Assembly: GCA_044229975.1 (NCBI GenBank)
Contig: JBGARZ010000011.1
Span: forward strand, 224,001 to 288,000
Origin: Polyangiales bacterium
GTDB lineage: Bacteria; Myxococcota_A; Polyangia; Polyangiales; Ga0077539
Length of the DNA stretch: 64,000 nucleotides
Direction: 5' to 3'
This document shows positions 42,973 to 52,996 of this stretch, piece by piece. The notes beneath the pieces are model-generated. The model searched no databases. It was not told the DNA's origin and saw only the letters and a list, made by a program, of their open reading frames with translations. The position numbers and the translations under genes are program-made. Each line of letters begins with the position of its first letter. Position 1 is the stretch's first letter.

Positions 42973-44373
42973 GTGATCGCTCGCGCGCACAGTGCCATTC
43001 CCCGCACCCCTGCCCCGCGCCTCTTCGTCGCCGCGAGCGCGCTTCTCCTCTCCGCTGTCGCGGCAGCCCCGGTGGCATCCGCGCAGCCCCGCGCGTCGCT
43101 CCACGTCGAGCTCTCCGCGGGCCTGCTGCCCACGGCCGCACAACCCCCGGCGCCCGACCTCGGACCCGTCGTCGATGCCTCGGCCCGCGTCGGCGTCGAC
43201 CTCGTGGGACCGCTGTCGCTCCAGCTCTCGGGTGCGTACCGCCGCGCCTTCGGCAGCGAGCGTGACTCCGCCGTGAGCGCCCTCACCCTCGGCGCGCGAT
43301 TCAGCCCCCGCGTCGGCTCCGTCGGTCGCGCCTTCGTCGACCTCAACGTCGGCCCCGCGGTGACCTTCCGCGAGCCGCGCGTGTACGCCGCCTTCGACGT
43401 CGGCGCGGGCTTCGAGTTCGCTCTCTCGCGCAGCCTCCACGTGGGCCCAATGGTGCGGTACAGCCGCCTGCTCGCGACCTCCGATGACCCCATCGGCGAC
43501 GCGCAGGCTGTCACCTTCGGGGTGTCGTTGAGCTACTACACCGCGTCGGTCGTCGGCAGCGCGGCGCCGCCACCCCCGCGACTGCCCCCGCCCGAGCGCG
43601 ACACCGACACCGACGCCGACGCCGACGGCGTGCTCGACCGCGACGACGTGTGCCCCTTCAGCGCGGCGGGAGCGCTCCCCGACCCCGACGCCCCCGGATG
43701 TCCGCAGCCCGATCGCGACCACGACAGTGTGCCCGACCGCGCCGACGCGTGCCCCGACGAGCCGGGCGTGGTGGTGTCGGATCCCAGCCGCGACGGCTGC
43801 CCGGCCTCCCTGGTGCAGATCGACACCGCCGCGGTCGTCATCCTGCAGCCGGTGTTCTTCGAGCCCGCGGGCGTGACGTTTACGGCGCTGAGCGTGCCCG
43901 CGCTCACGAGGGTCGCCGATGCGCTGCGCGCGATGCCCACCATCCAGGTCATGCGCGTCGAGGGCCACGCCGACGACCGCCTGCCCGCGCCCCGCGCCCT
44001 CGCGCTCTCCCAGCGCCGCGCCGATGCCGTCGTCGCGTGGCTCGTCGCGCACGGCATCGAGCCCGCCCGCCTCACCGCCGTCGCCTACGGCTCCACCCGC
44101 CCGCTCGGCCGCAACTGGACCGCCGCCACCCGCGCCCGCTTCAACCGCGTGGAGTTCACCGTCGCTGATCCACCGTCGACCCCCGCGCGCACGGCGATGT
44201 GCCCGCTCGTCGTCAACGACCGCTCCCGCCTCGCCACGGCCTTCGACGGCGGCCCGCCCGACCGCGACCGCGACCGCGTTCCCGACGCCCAGGACCACTG
44301 CCCCGACGTCCCGACGGGCGCGCATCCCGACCCGCAGTGCACCGGGTGCCCCGTGTGGCCTATGGAGCCGTGA
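42973..44373 (+). CDS. OmpA family protein with thrombospondin type-3 repeats
   Basis: N-terminal barrel; D-x-D-x-D-G-V-x-D-x-x-D-x-C-P repeats; VEGHAD, LSQRRADAV, RVEF. Confidence 0.88.
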   Translation: MIARAHSAIPRTPAPRLFVAASALLLSAVAAAPVASAQPRASLHVELSAGLLPTAAQPPAPDLGPVVDASARVGVDLVGPLSLQLSGAYRRAFGSERDSAVSALTLGARFSPRVGSVGRAFVDLNVGPAVTFREPRVYAAFDVGAGFEFALSRSLHVGPMVRYSRLLATSDDPIGDAQAVTFGVSLSYYTASVVGSAAPPPPRLPPPERDTDTDADADGVLDRDDVCPFSAAGALPDPDAPGCPQPDRDHDSVPDRADACPDEPGVVVSDPSRDGCPASLVQIDTAAVVILQPVFFEPAGVTFTALSVPALTRVADALRAMPTIQVMRVEGHADDRLPAPRALALSQRRADAVVAWLVAHGIEPARLTAVAYGSTRPLGRNWTAATRARFNRVEFTVADPPSTPARTAMCPLVVNDRSRLATAFDGGPPDRDRDRVPDAQDHCPDVPTGAHPDPQCTGCPVWPMEP

Positions 44374-47257
44374 CGAGCGCCCGGTCGAGGGCCGCTTGCG
44401 CGCGCTGTTCGAGGGCGCCCTCGTAGCCCGTGCGAACGCATCCTCCTGGCACGGTCGTTCCGTCGACCCGCGCGGCGTAGGCCGTTGGACCGTCGACGCC
44501 GCACACCGTGAGTCGACCCAGGTAGAGGCGCTCTCCCACCGAAGCTGCGTCGCAGAGGCGGGTGGTCCAATCGCCCTCGGCGCGCACCGTCGCGGCGTCG
44601 GCCTCGCGCCACGCGACGCCCACCGTCAGCCCCAGCGCCAGCTCACAGAACTGTAGAAACGCCGCGCTCTCCGCGTGCACCAGCACCAGCCAGTAGCGAC
44701 GGAAGGTGGGCGCGGCCGACCAGCGGCGGAAGGTGTTGATCCATCCCTGGTGGCGCGCGACGACGTACGCACCCGGCACGTCGAGCCCCAGCTCATTGAA
44801 CACCGTCACCATCAGATGCACCTGCCGCGTGACCACCGTGAACAGCCGCTCGGGCGGCGGCGCAATCACCGCGACGTCTGCAACGGTCGGAGCGGCGAGC
44901 TCGGGGTACAGCTCGGCGAAGTACGGCGCGAGGGCAGCCTCCTGGAGCATGGCCTCGACCTCCTCCAGCTCGTCGCGCATCTGCGCGAACGCGGGCTCCA
45001 CCGAGGCGTCGCGGGAGAGGCGCGCGTGGAGGTCGTCGATCCAGCTCGCCACGAGGTCGTCGGAGCCGACGGCGGCGCGCGCGACGACACCCTCGACGAC
45101 GTGCGTGCCGAGCGAGCGGTAGGCCTCGAACTGCGCCTCGTCGAAGAGCTGGTCGGAGGTCGATTGGTGGGGGAAGTCGCCGAAGCGCGAGCGGTACTCG
45201 CGGATGAGCTCGTCCTCGTCGGCCGTCAGCGACGACTTCAGGTAGACGAGCCGGCCGTGCTCTTCGGGCGTTCCGTCGTCGAGCGCGGGGTACGTGATGA
45301 GGCCGAGCGCGGCGTGGCGGCGGGAGGTTCCGTCCTCGTTGCAGCGCAGGTCGCCGAGGTCGAGGTCGATGCGGGTCTGGAGGTCGAGGCGCGCGTAGCG
45401 CAGCAGCGCCGCGAGGCCGCCGAAGCGCACGAAGCGGTCTTCCTCCGCGTCGCTCACGATGATGACCTTGCAGCGGCGGCGCAGGAGCTCGTACGCGCCG
45501 GTGTTCTCCAGGTGCCCGCCGTCGGTGAGGTAGACGTGCTGCCCGCGGTCGTCGATGCGGCTCGCCAGCTCGCGGAAGAAGTACCGGACGGCGGGGTACC
45601 ACTTCCACATCGCGAGCGAGCGCCACTGCGCCGAGCGGCTCGCCCAGTCGGTCGGGAGCCAGCGACGGAGGCGACCGGGGTGCGGGAGCCAGAAGCCCAG
45701 CCGCAGGTTGAGGAAGGTCATGAGCACCACGAGGGCGCGCAGGGTGTACGTGCCCATGTTGGGCGACGCGGCGGCGGCGGAGACTGCGACGGCGGTGGCG
45801 AGGGTCATCCCCGGCACGACCGCTTCGAGCGCCTCGGTGGGGCAGTAGCCGGTACGGTCGGAGCCGACGTGGCGCGCGCTGAAGACGAAGAAGTCTCCCT
45901 GCCGACCCGAGCGCGAACGATCGGTGGTGGCCTGGAGGTTGAGCGACGCGTTGATGAGCGCGTAGGGCGCTGTCGATCCGGGGCGGTTGAGCTCGGAGAG
46001 GCGGAGGTCTTCGTAGGGTTCGGACTGCCCGTAGGGCTCGACGGCGCGGTCGGTGGGGCGGCGGCGCAGGATGAAGGTGCGCGCGATGCGGTCGCGGAAG
46101 ATGCTGTGGAGCGAGACGTCGTTGGTGTCGAAGCTGCCGATGAGGAGGAAGACGAGCAGCGCGACGGGGAGCGCCACGTCGGTCATCGGGGCGTAGTCGA
46201 AGCCCGAGTCGAGCGCGGTGCGGATCACCACCGCGGAGCGATGCACGAAGAAGAGATACGGGGTGGCGACGCTCACGACGAAGGCGAGGCCGAGGGCGAG
46301 CGGGCGGGCGACGCGCGGCAGCATGGCGGCGAGCGGACCGAAGGAGAGCGTCGAGAGGGCGAGCGCGGCGAGCTGCGGGGCGTAGCGCCCGAAGGAGGGC
46401 GCGTCGTCGTCGGCGTTGAAGACGAAGCGGGCCCAGCGGACGATGATGAAGGGCTGGAGCTCGAGCGCGAAGAAGGCGAGGGCGGCGCCGAGGAGGATGC
46501 TGTTGGAGCGTTCGAGGCGGAAGCGGGCGCGCGGCCCTGGGCGGAAGACGAGGGTGTAGACGAAGCCGACGAGCATCCAGGCGCCGACGGCCGCGAGGGC
46601 GGGTCGCGCGTGGCGGGTGAACCACGTCCACGGCAGGCCGCGGAGGTCGGCGACGTCGGCGGTGCGGAGGTAGGCGAGCACCAGCGGGGCGGTGACGATG
46701 GCGAGGAGGAGCGCGGCGGGCAGCAGCAGCGCGACGGTGACGAGCTGTCCGCGGATCATCGACGCCGCGAGAAACACCCCGCCGCGCAGCCCCGACGGGA
46801 GCAGGGCGTTGGAGCGCCCGCGGAGGTACGAGACGACGCGGCTCTCGGTCGGGACACCGGACTCCGGGGCGAAGGGAAAGGGCGCGCCGGGTTCGCGGAG
46901 GAGGGACTGGAGGGCAGCGCCGATCCAGCCGCCGCCCGAGACGGTGGAGAGGTAGTCGACGGCGCCGAGGAGGCCCGCGCGGTGCAGCGCCTGGAGCACG
47001 CCGAGGTTGAACGCCGCCGAGCGCATGCCGCCCCCCGAGAGGGCGAGACCGACGAGGCCGTGACGGGTGGAGGGACGTTCTGCGGGGTCGACGGGCGACG
47101 GCTCGGTGGGCAGCGGCGAGCCAGCGAGGGCAGCGGCGTGGGCGAGGCGGCGGTCGCGCACGGCGGCCATCTCGGCGGGAAACACGTCGCGGCGAAACTG
47201 CGCCTGCCACTCGCGCTCGTCGTCCGCGGTCGTCGTCGCGCTCCTCGGTTGCGTCAC
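44360..47257 (-). CDS. Multi-TM patatin/cPLA2-like phospholipase
   Basis: GLALSGGGMRSA, YLSTVSGG, LTDGGHLEN, FPHQSTSDQLFDEAQFEAYR. Confidence 0.85.
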   Translation of the reverse strand: MTQPRSATTTADDEREWQAQFRRDVFPAEMAAVRDRRLAHAAALAGSPLPTEPSPVDPAERPSTRHGLVGLALSGGGMRSAAFNLGVLQALHRAGLLGAVDYLSTVSGGGWIGAALQSLLREPGAPFPFAPESGVPTESRVVSYLRGRSNALLPSGLRGGVFLAASMIRGQLVTVALLLPAALLLAIVTAPLVLAYLRTADVADLRGLPWTWFTRHARPALAAVGAWMLVGFVYTLVFRPGPRARFRLERSNSILLGAALAFFALELQPFIIVRWARFVFNADDDAPSFGRYAPQLAALALSTLSFGPLAAMLPRVARPLALGLAFVVSVATPYLFFVHRSAVVIRTALDSGFDYAPMTDVALPVALLVFLLIGSFDTNDVSLHSIFRDRIARTFILRRRPTDRAVEPYGQSEPYEDLRLSELNRPGSTAPYALINASLNLQATTDRSRSGRQGDFFVFSARHVGSDRTGYCPTEALEAVVPGMTLATAVAVSAAAASPNMGTYTLRALVVLMTFLNLRLGFWLPHPGRLRRWLPTDWASRSAQWRSLAMWKWYPAVRYFFRELASRIDDRGQHVYLTDGGHLENTGAYELLRRRCKVIIVSDAEEDRFVRFGGLAALLRYARLDLQTRIDLDLGDLRCNEDGTSRRHAALGLITYPALDDGTPEEHGRLVYLKSSLTADEDELIREYRSRFGDFPHQSTSDQLFDEAQFEAYRSLGTHVVEGVVARAAVGSDDLVASWIDDLHARLSRDASVEPAFAQMRDELEEVEAMLQEAALAPYFAELYPELAAPTVADVAVIAPPPERLFTVVTRQVHLMVTVFNELGLDVPGAYVVARHQGWINTFRRWSAAPTFRRYWLVLVHAESAAFLQFCELALGLTVGVAWREADAATVRAEGDWTTRLCDAASVGERLYLGRLTVCGVDGPTAYAARVDGTTVPGGCVRTGYEGALEQRAQAALDRALVTAP

Positions 47258-48888
47258 GGCGACGGGTCGCGCGGCAACGGCGGCGGCGGTCGACTCGACA
47301 CCATGCGAATGGCGGGGCCCGGCCGCACCGACGGGCGGTGCTCGGGGCGCGTCGCCTCGTCGTGGACCCCCGGCGCCGCGGACCTCCGCTCGGTGCGGGC
47401 GTTCGCGGCGGCGGCCTCCTCGGCGGACCACGCGAGGTCGAGCGCGCCGAGGGCCGTGTCGAGGGTGGCCATGTCCGAGAAGCGCTGCGCGGGGACGGCG
47501 GCGAGGCAGCGCAGCACGACGGCGTCGAGGCGGGCGGAGACGGCGGGCGCCCGCGACGAGGGCGGATCGGGCCGCGCGCTGCTGATCGCGCCGACGAGGG
47601 CGAGGCCCGAGAGCCCCTCGAAGGGGCGCGTCCCGGTGAGCAGGAAGTAGAGCGTCGCGCCGAGGCCGTAGAGGTCGCCGCGCGCGTCGGAGTCGTCGCC
47701 GAGCAGGGACTCCGGCGCGATGAAGTGCGGCGTGCCGATGGCGTCACCAGTGGCGGTGAGCCGGGCGTCGCGGGTGTCGACGCGGCGGGCGATGCCGAAG
47801 TCGATGACCGTGAGGTGGTCGCCGCCGGTGTGCTCGCCGAGGAAGAGGTTGGACGGCTTCACGTCGCGGTGCACGATGCCCGCGGCGTGGGCCTCGCCGA
47901 GCGAGCTGCACGCCTGCCGCACGAGGTGGACGGCGCGCGCCGGGGGCAGCGGGCCGGACTCGCGCACGAGGCGGTCGAGGTCGATGCCGACGAGGCGCTC
48001 CATCGCCAGGAAGCGCACGCCGTCGTCGCTCGCGCCGAAGTCGAGCACCCGCACGGTGTGGGGCGACGACAGCGCCCGCAGCGCCTCGGCCTCGCGCTCG
48101 AAGCGCCGCGCGACGGCCGACGAGGGCGCGTCGTGCAGGATCTTCAGCGCGACGTCGCGCTCGTGCACCTCGTCCCAGGCGAGCCACACCTCGTTCATGC
48201 CGCCGGCTCCGAGGCGGAGCTTGAGCCGGTAGCCCGCGAGCTTGCGCGCCTCGCGGAGCTGGCGGCGGAGGGTGCCGATCTCCATGGCCGCCTCCATGCC
48301 CACCACGTACACGGCGGCGATGAGCACCCACTCGCCGAAGTAGGTGGCGACCGACGCGACGTCGCGCCACTGCCGCGCCACGGCCGGGTACGTCTCGACC
48401 ACGGCGACGAGCATCGCGGTCCAGATGACGAACCAGGTGAGCACGACGAGGTAGAGGCGCGAGCGGCGCACCTCGGCGACGAGCGGCGAGGCCATCACGA
48501 AGGTCGTGAGCCCGAAGAGGTACGGGCTGTTGAGCCCGCCGAACTCGACGCCCTGGCGCGCCATCAGCGCCACGAAGATGAAGTTGGAGAAGAGCGCGAG
48601 CAGGCCGACGGTGGTGGCCGGCAGCCGCCCCGAGCGCGCCAGCCACGTGAGCAGCGGGTGCAACGGAGCGCCGATGAGGCGGCAGCCGAGCACGACGCGC
48701 CACGACGCGCCGGGCCACACGAGCCACAGCCCGAAGACGTCGAAGACGAGGCCGACGCACCACGCCCAGCGGTGCCAGCCGAGCACCGCCATGTGGTGCG
48801 CGAGGGCAGAGAGTTCGTCGTCCGAGGCGAGGGCCGCGAAGAGACCGGGAGGCGCCGGGCGAGCTGTGGTGGCGTCCGCGGAGGGCAT
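47254..48888 (-). CDS. Ser/Thr protein kinase with N-terminal multi-TM domain
   Basis: LGAGGMNEV, VALK, HRDVKPSN, DFGIA, GTPHFIAPE. Confidence 0.9.
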   Translation of the reverse strand: MPSADATTARPAPPGLFAALASDDELSALAHHMAVLGWHRWAWCVGLVFDVFGLWLVWPGASWRVVLGCRLIGAPLHPLLTWLARSGRLPATTVGLLALFSNFIFVALMARQGVEFGGLNSPYLFGLTTFVMASPLVAEVRRSRLYLVVLTWFVIWTAMLVAVVETYPAVARQWRDVASVATYFGEWVLIAAVYVVGMEAAMEIGTLRRQLREARKLAGYRLKLRLGAGGMNEVWLAWDEVHERDVALKILHDAPSSAVARRFEREAEALRALSSPHTVRVLDFGASDDGVRFLAMERLVGIDLDRLVRESGPLPPARAVHLVRQACSSLGEAHAAGIVHRDVKPSNLFLGEHTGGDHLTVIDFGIARRVDTRDARLTATGDAIGTPHFIAPESLLGDDSDARGDLYGLGATLYFLLTGTRPFEGLSGLALVGAISSARPDPPSSRAPAVSARLDAVVLRCLAAVPAQRFSDMATLDTALGALDLAWSAEEAAAANARTERRSAAPGVHDEATRPEHRPSVRPGPAIRMVSSRPPPPLPRDPSP

Positions 48889-49006
48889 CGGGTTCGACCT
48901 GGCACTGTATCGTGCCCAGAAGGCCGCAGCGCTGACAGAAGTCGTCACCGGCGCGGCGGTGGGTGCGACGATCTACGTCACGACGGACGCGAGTGTGGAG
49001 AGCGCG

Positions 49007-50308
49007 TCAGCCGACGCCGAGTACGCGCCGCGCCCAGTCGTTGGCGAGCTTTCCGTCGGGGTCGTACCGCGCCGCGAGCTCCCGGAAGTCTTCGAGTCGC
49101 GGGAGCTGCCCGCGCAGGTACGCGGGGTCGAAGCTCGCCTCCTTCCCCCAGTGCGGGCGCCCGCCGTTGCGCACCGCGAAGGCCTCGAACGCCCGGAGCT
49201 GATCGGCCCAGCGCTCGTCGGAGTCCATGTTGTACATGCCGAGCCAGATCGAGTCGCGGCCGTACGCGGGGCTCAGCCAGAAGTCGTCGCCGCGCGAGAA
49301 GCGGATCTCCTGGATGAAGTTGTACGTGTGCCCACTGTCGAGCAGACAGCGGCGGTACTCGCGCAAGAGGCGCGGCGCGTCGGCCAGGTCGAAGGCCCAC
49401 TCGGTCTCGCGGTGCACCGGCGGATCAGGCGTGAGGAAGCCCACGTGGCTCTTGCAGATGCGCTCGTAGCGCTTGCCCACCTCGCGGCCGAGGAGGCGGT
49501 TGACGAGCGGAACGAGCCGCTTGCGGTCGAGGCGCTCCAGCGCGACGAGCGAGCGGTACACCGCGACCGACAGGAGCTCGTCCTTGAACCACCGGACGAA
49601 CTCGCTGTCGTTGCGGGGCGCGTCGGTGCGGCGGTTCTTGAAGACGATGACGTGGTCGTCGGGGACGAGCCACCAGAGCTTGAAATGGTCGTAGGCCCGC
49701 AGGTGCTCGTCGAGGCGATCGACCACCTCGTCGAAGGGCGCGCGCTCGGTGATCGCGTGCATCTGAAACGCGCGCACCACCTGGAGCGTCACCTCGTAGA
49801 CCACGCCGCAGCAGCCGAGCCCGACGACCACGGCGTCGAAGTCCGCGTCGCCCTTCCGCAGCGCGCGCTCCTCGCCGCGCCCGTCGACGAGCCGCAGCGC
49901 GACGACCTGCGAGGCGAGGCACTGAAACGCGAGGCCCGTCCCGTGGGTGCCGGTCGAGATGGCGCCCGCGACGGTCTGTCGGTCGATGGAGCCGAGGTTG
50001 GCGAGCGCCAGTCCGCGCCGGTCGAGCTGCGCGATGAGCGCGCGGAGCGTGACGCCCGCCTCCACGGTCACCCGCAAGGTCGCCTCGTCGACGGCCACGA
50101 TGCGGGTCATGTGTTCGAGCGAAACCAGCGTGTCGTCGGTGACGATCGCGCGCGACCACGAGTGCCGCGACCCCATCACCCGCACCCGCGCCGAACGCCG
50201 GACGACCTCCCGCAGCTCGGTGGCGGAGCGCGGGGTCGCGATCTCGGCGGGCGCGAACACGACGTTGCGACCGTAGTTGACGACCTGTCGGAGCGAACCT
50301 CGGCGCAT
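49007..50308 (-). CDS. FAD-binding sugar-1,4-lactone oxidase family protein
   Basis: GSRHSW, QTVAGAISTGTHG, EIRF, GGRPHWGK, DPDG. Confidence 0.9.
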   Translation of the reverse strand: MRRGSLRQVVNYGRNVVFAPAEIATPRSATELREVVRRSARVRVMGSRHSWSRAIVTDDTLVSLEHMTRIVAVDEATLRVTVEAGVTLRALIAQLDRRGLALANLGSIDRQTVAGAISTGTHGTGLAFQCLASQVVALRLVDGRGEERALRKGDADFDAVVVGLGCCGVVYEVTLQVVRAFQMHAITERAPFDEVVDRLDEHLRAYDHFKLWWLVPDDHVIVFKNRRTDAPRNDSEFVRWFKDELLSVAVYRSLVALERLDRKRLVPLVNRLLGREVGKRYERICKSHVGFLTPDPPVHRETEWAFDLADAPRLLREYRRCLLDSGHTYNFIQEIRFSRGDDFWLSPAYGRDSIWLGMYNMDSDERWADQLRAFEAFAVRNGGRPHWGKEASFDPAYLRGQLPRLEDFRELAARYDPDGKLANDWARRVLGVG

Positions 50309-50394
50309 GCGGAGAGGGTAGTCGAAGGATCGCCGACGCGTGCCCGTCTCCTGCCGACGCCTCGTCCGAGCGCGTTATCGTGGCCCCCTCCGCC

Positions 50395-51537
50395 ATGGAG
50401 CTCGTGAACGATCTCCCGACCATCGACCTGCTCGACCGCAAGACGTGGCGCTCCCACCCGCTCTGGCCATGGCGGCGGAACAACCGCCGCGCCGAGTGTC
50501 TCGCCGCGGTCGAGGGCCTCACCGACCCACGCGAGGCGTGGGAGGTGCTCGCGACGCGGGGGTTCATCCCGCTCGCCGCGGTCGACGACGCGACCCGGCG
50601 GTACGCGCAGCGCGAGCCACCACCGGAGCCTTCGTCGGTCCGTACGCTCGGGGACGCGCCGCAGGCGTCGTCGGACGACGGCATCGGGTCCGAAAGTCTC
50701 CCGTACACACAGCGGGTGATGGGTCCGATCGGGCCGTGTCCGCCCAGCGTCGCGGCGTGCGTGCAGATGGCCTCGAGATGGGACCGTCTCGCGGTCGTCG
50801 AGGCGCTGGCGCGCCAGTCGTCGCAGTCGCTGTCCGGTTGGGTGCTGCCGCTCGCGACGACGCCCTCCGTGCACGCCCCCTTCCCGCGCGAGCGCGGGGA
50901 AGGTGCCTGCGTGTGGACCTTCATCCAACCGGCCCTGTATCAACCGCTGGAGCTTCTCGGCGAGACGCTGGGCACCGCGGCGCCGCACGCCGCGGGTCGG
51001 GCGGGCGCCGCCGTGCGATCACTGCTCGACGACTACGGGCTGGTCGACCTCCTGCGCCCCGTGACGCCCCTTCTCCTTGGGCACGCGCTCCTGCGCCGCG
51101 CCGCCGAGAATCCGTCGGAGGCGCCGCTCCTGCGCACGCTGCTCGTGGACGACCCTCCGGGCGATCCGCGCTGGCCCGACCCCTTCACGCCCGCGCTCCT
51201 CGCCTACGCGACCGACGACTGTCTCATCTCGATCGAGGGCGGGCTCGCGCCGCTCATCCACCCGTTTACGGGCTTGCGCAAGTCGTGGGGTGTTCGCATC
51301 GAACCATGGGACTGCAGTTATCAGCTGCCGTGGAATCAGAGCGCCCCCCGCGCGCGACGCCCCCGGCGCTGGCCGCGTCTTCGCTCGCCCGTCGACCGCG
51401 GGCTGGAGTGGTACCGCATCCTCGCGAACATCGACGCACGGGCTCCAACCGCAGCACGCTCACCGGGTCCCACGTCGCAGGGGAGGCGGGAGGTTGGAGA
51501 GGCCGCAAGGGCGCGAGGGTCGCAAGGACGACGATGA
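50395..51537 (+). CDS. Hypothetical protein; 3' end runs into a palindromic repeat
   Basis: DPREAWEVLATRGFIP motif, long ORF; C-terminus looks degenerate. Confidence 0.55.
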   Translation: MELVNDLPTIDLLDRKTWRSHPLWPWRRNNRRAECLAAVEGLTDPREAWEVLATRGFIPLAAVDDATRRYAQREPPPEPSSVRTLGDAPQASSDDGIGSESLPYTQRVMGPIGPCPPSVAACVQMASRWDRLAVVEALARQSSQSLSGWVLPLATTPSVHAPFPRERGEGACVWTFIQPALYQPLELLGETLGTAAPHAAGRAGAAVRSLLDDYGLVDLLRPVTPLLLGHALLRRAAENPSEAPLLRTLLVDDPPGDPRWPDPFTPALLAYATDDCLISIEGGLAPLIHPFTGLRKSWGVRIEPWDCSYQLPWNQSAPRARRPRRWPRLRSPVDRGLEWYRILANIDARAPTAARSPGPTSQGRREVGEAARARGSQGRR

Positions 51538-51627
51538 GATGAGGTGTTCGTGAGGCGTTCTGGTCGTTCCTCCCTTGCGACCCTTGCGATCTTGCGGCCT
51601 CTCCAACCTTTCACCTCCCCTGCGACG
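51473..51627. repeat. REP/MITE-like imperfect inverted repeat (about 55-bp arms), family shared with 52621-52813
   Basis: ...gggcgcgagggtcgcaagg / ccttgcgacccttgcg...; arms 51473-51527 and 51573-51627. Confidence 0.8.
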
Positions 51628-51756
51628 GGGTGCTGGTACAGCCGCGCCCGCGCCGCGACAACGGACTGAGAATCGTGGTTGGACCCGGTCGCGGAATCAG
51701 GGCGCCGATCACGCGGGTTCGGAACGACGCGTGATCGGCGGGGGTGGCCGCGCAGA

Positions 51757-52026
51757 TCAGCCGTTGGGGTGGTCGTGATCGCAGACGGCGAGCGGCGCGC
51801 TCCGCACCGGCACCATGCACACGCGGAGGTTGGTGGCCGACGGGCAGCTCGCCGTGCCGCCGATGCGACCGCCGCGCGCCTCGCAGCCATGGCGGTTGGC
51901 GTAGGTGTCGGAGCCCGAGTAGTGGCAGTAGTCGCGACACGAGGCCGAGCTGCCCCGCGCGCAGATGTAGCAGCCGTCCGCGGAGGCCGTCCGCGAGACC
52001 GCGACGCCGCCGCCGGGGCTCCGGGC
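51757..52026 (-). pseudogene. Start-less Cys-rich small protein frame, in frame behind the stop of 52027-52521
   Basis: ...VAVSRTASADGCYICARGSSASCRDYCHYSGSDTYANRHGCEARGGRIGGTASCPSATNLRVC...; no ATG/GTG before the Cys-rich body. Confidence 0.5.
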
Positions 52027-52521
52027 TCAGCGATGCACCAGCACGAAGGGGTAGGCGATGCGTGTCGTCGTCGTCGTGCTCTCGACGTTCGCCATCCCGC
52101 CCCGCGGCAACGGGCGGTACGTCTCTCGGCCGATCACATCGCTCCCCACCACGAACGGCTCGAACGCTCCGACAAGCGTCTGCTGAACGCACGCATCGAT
52201 CGCCTCATCGCCATCGACATGCGCGCTCACCCGCCCCGCCTCGGGCTCGATCCGCGCCCGCACCCGGACCGTTGCGCCCGCACGCGTACACGCGCAGACG
52301 GCATGGATCACCGGTCGAAGCGCCCGCCCCACGTGCGTCACGGGCACACGAATGACGGCGTTGATCGCGGGTAGCGCGACGTCCTCGCAGCCCGGGTCGA
52401 CGACGGCATCGACCGCGCGAGCCGCGGGCGGCGACACGACCGGCGGCGCGACCCGCGCACGAGGCAGTGCCGGGTGGACGCACCCCATCACGAACACCAG
52501 GCCGAGCGCGGAGCGATGCAC
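52027..52521 (-). CDS. Hypothetical lipoprotein
   Basis: Lipobox VMGC; C-terminal YPFVL. Confidence 0.65.
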   Translation of the reverse strand: MHRSALGLVFVMGCVHPALPRARVAPPVVSPPAARAVDAVVDPGCEDVALPAINAVIRVPVTHVGRALRPVIHAVCACTRAGATVRVRARIEPEAGRVSAHVDGDEAIDACVQQTLVGAFEPFVVGSDVIGRETYRPLPRGGMANVESTTTTTRIAYPFVLVHR

Positions 52522-52620
52522 CCCGACATCGATGCCGGATTGGCCGTGAGGTTCCCGATGAGCGCGACGTTCGCTCCTCGTCGTGGCGGTGGCGCAGCAC
52601 GCGGCCGCCGTTGGTACCCA

Positions 52621-52813
52621 CTAGTACCTCGCCACGGGGGACTTGAAGGGTTGAAGAAGCCACCAGGGCGCGAGGGTCGCAAGGGAGAAACGACTGGACC
52701 GCGCACTCACAACCGACCCCCGCCGAGCGAATCACCCTCACCCCGTCTCGTCCTTGCGACCCTCGCGCCCTGGCGGCTTTCAACCCTTCAGGTCCCCTGT
52801 GGCGAGGTACTAG
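52621..52813. repeat. REP/MITE-like inverted repeat bounded by CTAG at both ends
   Basis: ctagtacctcgccac...cagggcgcgagggtcgcaagg / ccttgcgaccctcgcgccctgg...gtggcgaggtactag. Confidence 0.82.
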
Positions 52814-52996
52814 AACACCCCGTCGGGTTGTCGGTGATGGAGCGCATCGCGATACCGCGAACGGTGAGCATCGTGATGCGCGCCGTACGACAGACTCGTC
52901 GTACGACGCGGCCGTCGCAACTCAAGGATCGGTTTGCAGGCGCTGGGACGTGGGCGAGTCGTGGAGAGCGCCGCGCACGCACGGCGCAACCCGCTC

